Shown here: positions 25,435-32,000 of the stretch, one piece after another
Numbering within the stretch: the stretch's first letter is position 1
Layout of the letters: each line of letters starts with the position of its first letter
NCBI RefSeq assembly: GCF_008065095.1
Contig: NZ_CP042911.1
Location: 7,770,001 to 7,802,000, forward strand
Origin: Gemmata obscuriglobus
GTDB taxonomy: Bacteria > Planctomycetota > Planctomycetia > Gemmatales > Gemmataceae
DNA length: 32,000 nucleotides
Direction of reading: 5' to 3'
Program-made: the position numbers and the translations under genes
The notes under the pieces: model-generated
What the model was told of the DNA's origin: nothing
The model's database searches: none
What the model saw: the letters and a program-made list of their open reading frames with translations, nothing else

Positions 25435-26998
25435 GGGTGATGCGGCAGTGTATCAACAGTTGGCGAGTAGCGGATTCACAACGTTCTGTTGTTGAGCTTC
25501 AGCTGGAACGAGCGTCGGTGCCTTCGCGCCGGTCCGGTGTGCGGTGACGGCGTCGATGAGGAACGCCAAGACGTTGCGCTTCTGGCGGCGGCACGAGGCG
25601 ATCACCGTGAGGATTCGTTCCACGAACCGGCTCCCGCGTTCGCTGTCGGTCCCGAAGCTGGTTTTGCGCCAGCACACGGCGTGACGCACCTCACGCTCGG
25701 CCGCGTTGTTGGTCGGTTCCACGCCGACGACACGCGCGAACGTCCACAACGACGCCTCGACCGACAACAGTTCCGCGCAGGTCGTGGCGGTCTTGGCGCA
25801 GCCGCACGCCGCCCCGTTCCGCAGGTGCGTGCCGACCTGACGACGCAACGCGGGGATGTAGGTCGAGCGACATGTGGACCGCGCGAGGGTTCCGTCCCGC
25901 ACCCGATACCAGTTCTCGAACAGGGCGTCCGAACACGCCAACAGAGCCGCGCCGATCGCCTGTCCGGAACCGCCCCGGTCGATCATCGCCTGGAAATCGC
26001 GTCGCAGGTGCGCCCAGCAGAGTTGACGCTTGTACTTGTCGAGGTGCGTGTACACCGGATACCGGTCCGTCGTATGCACGGCCGTGGACCCGGCACGCAG
26101 GTCATCAAAGGCGGCCCGGCCCCGGGTCCGGCGGATCAGGAACGCCACCACGAACGTGGTCACGGCGGCCCACAGCCAGGCCCGCTGACGCCCCTGCTTC
26201 CAACCGGTCTCGTCCACGTTGGCCGGGTGCCCGCGGGTGTACACCAGGGCCTGTTCGGCCACCGGCTTCAGCGCCTCGGCGGTTCGGTGCTGGAGCTTGC
26301 ACACCATGGCCGGGCTCAGGGGCAGGCCGAACAGATCGTCGAACAGTTGGCTCGTGCCCCGCTTGCCCAGACGGCACGAGCCGGTGAGAAGCGCGGCCAC
26401 CGCCTGCGCCCGGGGGCCGTATCCGGTGCGCGCCTCCGACGGCACCGCGGGCACCGTGGTCGTGCCGCAGTGGGGGCACCGGAGCCGGTGGCACCGATAC
26501 TCGGTCACGTGGGGTTTGATAACGGGCAACTCGTGGACCTGATGAATGGCCGGAGCCGGATCGTCCCCGGCCAGCGACCGCGAGCAGTCCCGGCACACGG
26601 ACGGCTTGAGGGTCCGGATCTCATCGGGTGGCAGGAGCGTGCGCTCGGCTTTGGGATGCCCCGGTTGCCCGCCCCGACGCTTCCCCGAAGGGGCCTTGGG
26701 CGGGGCCAGTTTCACCTGCGGAGGATCGGACGAGGGCGGCTTCGACGAGTTGGTGGAGCTCTGGTTGAGTCGGGCCTTGAGTTCGGCGACCTCGGCCACC
26801 AGAGCAGTGATCGTGGCCTCCAAGGCGCGAATATACGCCACCACCGCCGGTGGTAAGTTATCGGGCAGTTCCGGCGGTTGAGGAACAGGCGTCATGACGT
26901 CTGCTCGATTACGGAACATGCCCGCTTGTGGCAACCGCGTATCCAAACGGGCTAAAATGACGGGCAAAAGCGGGTGGCGCACCCCCATGAACGCTTAC
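25423..26998 (-). mobile_element. IS66-family insertion sequence, single-ORF (ISBst12-like) type, 1576 bp
   Basis: Both termini read GTAAGCGTTCA inward (11/11 identical, then a degenerate GGG-rich repeat). It is flanked by an 8-bp direct repeat and encodes one IS66 TnpC-like transposase. Its G+C is higher than that of the gene it interrupts. Confidence 0.9.
25453..26895 (-). CDS. IS66-family transposase (TnpC-like)
   Basis: ATG at 26895. N-terminal coiled-coil LEATITALVAEVAELKARLNQSSTNSSKPPSSDPP (the IS66 hallmark NSSKPPSSD). Zinc-finger-like CRDC...CPHCG, then the DDE region with DETGW. About 480 aa. Confidence 0.9.
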   Translation of the reverse strand: MTPVPQPPELPDNLPPAVVAYIRALEATITALVAEVAELKARLNQSSTNSSKPPSSDPPQVKLAPPKAPSGKRRGGQPGHPKAERTLLPPDEIRTLKPSVCRDCSRSLAGDDPAPAIHQVHELPVIKPHVTEYRCHRLRCPHCGTTTVPAVPSEARTGYGPRAQAVAALLTGSCRLGKRGTSQLFDDLFGLPLSPAMVCKLQHRTAEALKPVAEQALVYTRGHPANVDETGWKQGRQRAWLWAAVTTFVVAFLIRRTRGRAAFDDLRAGSTAVHTTDRYPVYTHLDKYKRQLCWAHLRRDFQAMIDRGGSGQAIGAALLACSDALFENWYRVRDGTLARSTCRSTYIPALRRQVGTHLRNGAACGCAKTATTCAELLSVEASLWTFARVVGVEPTNNAAEREVRHAVCWRKTSFGTDSERGSRFVERILTVIASCRRQKRNVLAFLIDAVTAHRTGAKAPTLVPAEAQQQNVVNPLLANC

Positions 26999-27765
26999 GG
27001 CAATTCTTTAAACTTATTAACGCATTCGCGAGAAAATTCTGCGAGCCATCGTCCTACAGGTTCAACACTAAAAAACGGGGTGTGCGTAACGAACTGGTCT
27101 GCGTGCAATGCGAAGGATGCTCTGCCCTCGGAAACGCGGAGATGGCCGGGGCCAACAATTTCAATCAAAAGAGCAGAAGAGGGGCTCCACAGGCTTGGCA
27201 TATCGAGCACGCCGCGATCACGGCCTTCCCGGTCCAGAAGAGCCAAACCTGTTACTTGTAGCGTCCCGTTTTCTTCCGTGACAGTGATAGCACCGTCAGG
27301 TTTGATTAGCAACGGCGCGAGTTTGATGAGTGGTTTGTAGTCTGTGAGGGGTATAGGTTCAGTGAATCGGTAGCTATGGTGCTTTTGGTCCTCCTCAGCG
27401 AGGTGCGTCCTGATGAAAGGATCGGCCAATATCCGTAGCGCAAGAGCAGAAATGGAATTTGGTGGTAGCCAAGATTCTGCCTTCACAACCACTCGGGCGC
27501 GTATCGATCTCCCCTCGTCCGTACGAAAGCTCGCGCGGTATGCTAGGGTAAGTAAGAGCCCAAGGTTTTCGTTATTGATCGCAGCCAAGGTCGTCAAAGA
27601 ACGGCCGCGCACCTTGCGCTCTGCACGGATGAACTCACGGAACTCGATTAAGAGTTGGGTAAGTCCCTTCACGCCTTCAGCTTCTTGAACGCGCGGTTGC
27701 CAAGAAATTATCCCTTCGTTACCTTCGGCTTCGGAATCGAAGATGATAACTTGGGGGAGCATCAT
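26995..27765 (-). pseudogene. N-terminal fragment (unrecognised ~255-aa domain) of the gene split by IS66 insertion
   Basis: ATG ATG start at 27765. The ORF ends ...KFKELP at a TAA built from the IS terminal GTAAGCG (CCG|TAA). It is in frame with 24742..25422 once the IS and one duplication copy are removed. The composition is A+T-richer. Confidence 0.75.
26999..27006. repeat. Target-site duplication copy 2 (GGCAATTC)
   Basis: This 8-mer directly abuts the IS end at 26998 and is identical to 25415..25422. Confidence 0.85.
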
Positions 27766-27801
27766 CGGATGCCTCGATGCTGGCTAAGGCAGGCGCCCGG
27801 G

Positions 27802-27837
27802 GCGTGTGCGAGGGACAACGTTGTCCCTCGCGCACGC
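27802..27837 (-). terminator. 18-bp-arm palindrome downstream of putA (terminator candidate)
   Basis: GCGTGTGCGAGGGACAAC|GTTGTCCCTCGCGCACGC. One T-G position is a G-U pair on the plus strand and an A-C mismatch on the minus strand. It lies 39 nt after the putA stop and 37 nt before the start of the disrupted gene. Confidence 0.5.
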
Positions 27838-27875
27838 ATCGAACTCGCACGGAGAAGTTTGGAGCGGCGCTTCAA

Positions 27876-30800
27876 TCACTCCCCCGCGGCGGTCTCCGGG
27901 GCGAACCCGCGGCGCATCTGGTTCTCGGTGATGGTCCGCGGCAGCACGAACTGCAACAGGTAGTCCGGGCCGCCGGCCTTCGAGCCGATCCCGCTCAGTT
28001 TGAACCCGCCGAACGGCTGGCGGTCCACCAGCGCACCCGTGCACTTGCGGTTGATGTACAGGTTCCCGACCCGGAACTTGCGCTTCACCTTCTCCAGGTG
28101 GCTCGGGCTGCGGCTGTAGCACCCGCCCGTCAGCGCGTACTTCGTGCCGTTCGCGATCCGCAGCGCGTCGTCCAGGTCCCTCGCCCGGAGCACCGACAGC
28201 ACCGGCCCGAAGATCTCCTCCTGCGCGACGCCGGCCGTTTCGGGCACGTCCGCGAAGATCGTCGGCGGGACGAAGTAGCCCTGCTCGGCGAGCGCGCCGA
28301 GGTCGGTCTGGTGGGCCAGACGCGACTCACGCTTTCCGGCTTCAATGAACTTCAGGATGCGGTCCCGGGCTTCGGCGTCGATGACCGGCCCCAGCGAGCA
28401 GCCCGGATCGTCCGCGGCCTTCACCGCGAGGCTCTTGGTCGCCTCGACGAGCCGGTTCAAGAACTGGTCGTAGATCCCGTCCAGCACGATCGCCCGCGAC
28501 CCGGCCGAGCACTTCTGCCCGCCGTACCCGAACGCCGAATCGACCACGCCCTTCACGGCCTCGTCGAGGTCGGCGTCGGAATCCACGATGACGGCGTTCT
28601 TGCCGCCCATCTCCGCGATCACCTTCTTCACGAAGTTCTGGCCGCCGGGCGTCTTCGACGCCTGCTCGTTGATGAGCAGCGCGACCTTCAGCGACCCCGT
28701 GAAGGCGATGAGGGCCACGTCCGGGTGCTGAACGAGCGGCGGGCCGATGACATCGCCGTCGCCGGGGAGGAAGTTCACGACGCCCGGGGGCGCCCCGGCG
28801 GCCTGGAGGCACTCCATCAGCTTCGCGCCGATGATGCCGGACTGCTCCGCGGGCTTGAGGACGACCGTGTTGCCCGCCACCAGCGCCGCCGTCGCCATCC
28901 CCGCCAGGATCGCGAGCGGGAAGTTCCACGGCGCGATCACCACCGCCACGCCGCGGGGCTCGTAGAAGTAGCGGTTGTCTTCGCCGGGCACGTCGCGCGC
29001 CTGCGGCGCGCCGAGCTTTTCCATCTCAACCGCGTAATACTCGCAGAAGTCGATCGCCTCGGCGACATCGGCGTCGGACTCGCGCCACGGCTTGCCGGTC
29101 TCGAGCACGATCCACGCGGACAGCTCGAAGCGCCGCTTGCGGAACTGCTCCGCGAGCCGGCGCAGCAGCCCGGTGCGCTCGGCGAGGGGCGTGTCGCGCC
29201 ACCCGTCGAACGCCGCGAGGCACGACGCCACCGCCCGGTTCGCCTGGTCCACGGTCGCCATCCCGACCTTGCCGAGCACCTCGGACTTGCGCGACGGGTT
29301 CTCGCGGGCCAGAACGGCCCCGACGGGCTGCGGCTTGTTGTCGATGACGATCGGGTACGTGCGCCCGAGTTCCTTGCGCACCTGATCGAGCGCCGCGCTC
29401 ATGGCGGTGCGGCTCGCCGCGACGGAGAAGTCCGTGAGCGGCTCATTCTTGAATGCGGAACGCGGGGCCTGCGAACCGTGTGCCTCAACAACCGCGTGCC
29501 CGGCGCTGCCCATGTCGTGTGTCCCGTTGGTGTCCTTCGGTTCCGCGTTCCGCGTTCCGCGTTCCGCATTGGATGCGGGGTTCGTCAGCAACAACTCTTC
29601 GGCCAGCCCTTCGGCGAAGCCCTGCCGCAGGAACGAGTCGTTCGAGGAGTTTTCGAGCAGCCGGCGCACGAGGTACGCCATCCCGGGGAGCAGTTGCCCG
29701 TAGGGGGTGTAGATGCGCACCCGGTGGCCGAGCGACTGGATCGCCTCCTTGATCGGGTCGGCCATCCCGTAGAGCATCTGGAACTCGTACCGCCGCGGGG
29801 GCACGCCGAGCTTCTCCGCCACCGCCAGGGCGTGCGAGATGCTGCGGATGTTGTGCGACCCGAACGCGGGCACCAGCCACTCCACGTTCGCCAGCAGGAA
29901 CTCCGTGAGCTTCTCGAAGTTCGCGTCCGACTGCCACTTTTTCGTGAAGACCGGAACCGGCCAGTGGTTCTGCGCCGCGACCACGGTTTCGTAGTCCCAG
30001 TACGCCCCCTTCACCAGCCGGATCCAGACCGGGCACTTGCGAACGTCCCGCGCCCACGCGAGCAGCGCGTGGAGGTCCGCCTCGGTGTCCGTCAGGTACG
30101 CCTGGATCGCGATGCCGACGTGCGGCCAGTCGCGGAACTCGGGCTCGGTCAGGATGTCGCGGAAGATCTGGAGCGTCACGTCCTTGAAGCTGTGCTGCTC
30201 CATGTCGAAGTTGACGAACGCGCCCGTCTGCTTCGCGAGGCTCAAAATGGGCCGCAGCCGCCGGCACACGGCGCGGGACGTGCCCGCGGGGTCGATCGGG
30301 TCGAACTGGCTGAACAGCGCCGAGAGCTTCACCGACACGTTCACCCGCGGGATCGGGCCGCGGTCGTCGCGGTCGATCGTCGGCTCCTCGGGCCAGTCGT
30401 TCACCTCGCGGGTGAGCCCGGCGAGCAGGTCTAGGTACTGCTTCTGGACGTGGTCCGCCTCGACCTCCGTGATCGTGGCCTCGCCGAGCAGGTCGATGGT
30501 GAACGCGAGCCGCCGGGTGCGCATCTGGTGGACCGCGGCGACGGCCTCCTGCACGTTGGACCCGGCGATGAACTTGCGGGCCATCTGCTCCGCGCCCTTC
30601 TGCGACGCGAACGCCAACCCCTGACCCAGAATCCCCCTATCGGGAATCAGCTTCGTGCCCAATCGCACCCACCACGGCAGCTCGTCCTTGGCCTCGTTGA
30701 GGTACTCGCGGAGGTGCCGGGCCACCTCCTTCGGCTCCTTGAGGTACGGGAGCGTGTCCACGAACCGGAAGAGCTGCACCTTGAGCGCCGGGTCGTGCAT

Positions 30801-30932
30801 CCCCAGGCCCATGAGCTTGTCTTCGACCCACGCGCGGGTGAACAGCACCGGCCCCTGCCGGTTCAGCCGGGCGAAGATCTCGCGCCCGTACTCTTTGGTT
30901 CGCTCATCGAGGCTCGTAACCGTAGACGACAT
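27876..30932 (-). CDS. putA: Bifunctional proline dehydrogenase / L-glutamate gamma-semialdehyde dehydrogenase (PutA, no DNA-binding domain)
   Basis: 1018-aa ORF. The N-terminal PRODH half includes KVQLFRFVDTLPYL and the beta8-alpha8 barrel region. The C-terminal half is aldehyde dehydrogenase (FTGS, EMGGKNA, GQKCSA, EEIFGPVL). Confidence 0.95.
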   Translation of the reverse strand: MSSTVTSLDERTKEYGREIFARLNRQGPVLFTRAWVEDKLMGLGMHDPALKVQLFRFVDTLPYLKEPKEVARHLREYLNEAKDELPWWVRLGTKLIPDRGILGQGLAFASQKGAEQMARKFIAGSNVQEAVAAVHQMRTRRLAFTIDLLGEATITEVEADHVQKQYLDLLAGLTREVNDWPEEPTIDRDDRGPIPRVNVSVKLSALFSQFDPIDPAGTSRAVCRRLRPILSLAKQTGAFVNFDMEQHSFKDVTLQIFRDILTEPEFRDWPHVGIAIQAYLTDTEADLHALLAWARDVRKCPVWIRLVKGAYWDYETVVAAQNHWPVPVFTKKWQSDANFEKLTEFLLANVEWLVPAFGSHNIRSISHALAVAEKLGVPPRRYEFQMLYGMADPIKEAIQSLGHRVRIYTPYGQLLPGMAYLVRRLLENSSNDSFLRQGFAEGLAEELLLTNPASNAERGTRNAEPKDTNGTHDMGSAGHAVVEAHGSQAPRSAFKNEPLTDFSVAASRTAMSAALDQVRKELGRTYPIVIDNKPQPVGAVLARENPSRKSEVLGKVGMATVDQANRAVASCLAAFDGWRDTPLAERTGLLRRLAEQFRKRRFELSAWIVLETGKPWRESDADVAEAIDFCEYYAVEMEKLGAPQARDVPGEDNRYFYEPRGVAVVIAPWNFPLAILAGMATAALVAGNTVVLKPAEQSGIIGAKLMECLQAAGAPPGVVNFLPGDGDVIGPPLVQHPDVALIAFTGSLKVALLINEQASKTPGGQNFVKKVIAEMGGKNAVIVDSDADLDEAVKGVVDSAFGYGGQKCSAGSRAIVLDGIYDQFLNRLVEATKSLAVKAADDPGCSLGPVIDAEARDRILKFIEAGKRESRLAHQTDLGALAEQGYFVPPTIFADVPETAGVAQEEIFGPVLSVLRARDLDDALRIANGTKYALTGGCYSRSPSHLEKVKRKFRVGNLYINRKCTGALVDRQPFGGFKLSGIGSKAGGPDYLLQFVLPRTITENQMRRGFAPETAAGE
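29540..29567. repeat. Four perfect tandem copies of heptamer GTTCCGC inside putA
   Basis: Copies at 29540..29546, 29547..29553, 29554..29560 and 29561..29567. The minus strand reads GCGGAAC x4 and encodes NAERGTRNAEP in the linker between the PRODH and dehydrogenase halves. Confidence 0.9.
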
Positions 30933-31025
30933 GGTGACTCACTCTCGGGCACCGGCGCGGCTCGCCAACTTGGATCAAATAAGGTACGATTCACCGGACC
31001 TCCCGCTCACCCGTTCGGTGCCCCA

Positions 31026-31883
31026 ATGGTGATCGACAAGATCGGCAAGTTCACCGTACTCAACACGCTCGGCAGCGGTGCCCACAGCAGCATTTTACAA
31101 ATCCGCCGGGCGGACGATGACCGCGAGTACGCGCTCAAGCTCGTCGACATCGGCGGGAAGGAGGACCTGAAGTACCTGGACCAGGCGAAACACGAGTTCC
31201 GCGTGGGGCAGATGCTCAATCATCCCAATCTAGTGAAGGTGTACGCCCTCGAAACCGAGGGCGGGTGGTTCTCCGGCCCGAAAAAGGCCAAGCTCCTGAT
31301 CGAATACGTTCCGGGGCGGACGATGGACCGCCTGCCCCTGCTCAAAATGGCGAAACTGCTGCGCGTGCTGGAGCGGATCGCGGACGGGCTCACCCACATG
31401 CACAAACAGGGCGTGTGCCACGCCGACATGAAGCCGAACAACCTCATGTACGACCGCGGCACCCGGGTGAAGGTGCTCGACTACGGGCTGGCGTGGGTGC
31501 GGGGCGAGAGCAAGGACCGGGTTCAGGGCACGCCCGAGTACATCGCGCCCGAAACGGTGGAGCACAAGCTCGTCAACGAGCGCACGGACATTTACAACTT
31601 CGGCGCGACGATGTACCGGCTCGCGACGCTGCAGCTCCCGCCGTCGTGGTTCGCCGGGGACGGCATGCTGCCGATGACCAAGAAGCTGTTCAAGGAGCAG
31701 CTCAAGCCGGTGCGGGCCGCGAACCCGTTGGTCCCGGAGGGGCTGGCCGACCTGATCCACCAGTGCCTCCAGCCGAACGCGACCAAGCGCCCGGAGCGCA
31801 TGAGCCACGTGCAGGGCACGCTCGACCAGCTCGCCGACGAGGCCGCCGCCAAGCTCGACGACCCGGGCGTACTGGAGGAATAA
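31026..31883 (+). CDS. Ser/Thr protein kinase, catalytic domain only (285 aa)
   Basis: ATG at 31026. Gly-rich loop LGSGAHSS, YALKL lysine, catalytic loop HADMKPNNLM, DYG (the DFG equivalent) and GTPEYIAPE. The upstream part of the tracked ORF is antisense to putA and is rejected. Confidence 0.88.
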   Translation: MVIDKIGKFTVLNTLGSGAHSSILQIRRADDDREYALKLVDIGGKEDLKYLDQAKHEFRVGQMLNHPNLVKVYALETEGGWFSGPKKAKLLIEYVPGRTMDRLPLLKMAKLLRVLERIADGLTHMHKQGVCHADMKPNNLMYDRGTRVKVLDYGLAWVRGESKDRVQGTPEYIAPETVEHKLVNERTDIYNFGATMYRLATLQLPPSWFAGDGMLPMTKKLFKEQLKPVRAANPLVPEGLADLIHQCLQPNATKRPERMSHVQGTLDQLADEAAAKLDDPGVLEE

Positions 31884-31975
31884 GGCAAAAGTGAGAAGGC
31901 AAAAGTCAAAATCGGACCGGTGAACCGACTCGCTGCTGTGCCCGTTTTGCCTTTCGCCTTTTCACTTTTGCTTTT
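31882..31975. repeat. Imperfect purine-rich/pyrimidine-rich long hairpin directly after the kinase stop
   Basis: AAGGCAAAAGTGAGAAGGCAAAAGTCAAAA (from 31882) pairs with TTTTGCCTTTCGCCTTTTCACTTTTGCTTT (to 31975) at about 28 of 35 positions. A T-run follows. The window end may truncate the context. Confidence 0.55.
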
Positions 31976-32000
31976 TTGATGATGAAAGAGCACTACATCC

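Overview
This is a high-G+C bacterial chromosomal window. Several marker genes point to Planctomycetota, probably Gemmata-like (inference): a DUF1559/prepilin-like protein, a TIGR03000-repeat protein with a Cys/Gly-rich N-terminus, an ECF sigma factor with a membrane-anchored C-terminal extension, and zinc-ribbon/OB-fold membrane proteins. I support about 24 protein genes, mostly on the minus strand. Housekeeping genes are a sugar ABC transporter operon (binding protein, ATPase, start of the permease), a Nudix hydrolase, a PduO-type cobalamin adenosyltransferase, acetolactate synthase large subunit, a Tat-signal Fe/Mn superoxide dismutase, an RluA-family pseudouridine synthase, an S41 C-terminal processing protease, bifunctional PutA and a small Ser/Thr kinase. 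Regulatory genes are an ECF sigma factor followed by a cytochrome c'-like gene, and a PAS/degenerate AAA+/Fis-HTH regulator followed by a receiver-like protein and a translationally coupled 2x[4Fe-4S] ferredoxin. I saw no rRNA, tRNA or CRISPR array. The strongest finding is a visibly A+T-richer islet at 24.7-27.8 kb. There a single-ORF IS66-family element (GTAAGCG termini, 8-bp target duplication) has split one ~479-aa gene. The C-terminal half of that gene carries DisA_N/diadenylate-cyclase-like motifs behind an unrecognised N-terminal domain. Other observations: several long, exactly intergenic palindromic elements, one of which embeds the stop codons of two convergent genes and another of which shares a 21-mer with a locus 11 kb away. 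There is also a candidate small RNA with CU-rich hairpin loops in a 2-kb gene-poor stretch, a dense AAGTCG/CGACTT hexamer cluster in an 815-bp convergent gap, and a 4x heptanucleotide repeat in the putA interdomain linker. All functional calls come from motif recognition by eye, and no database search was possible.
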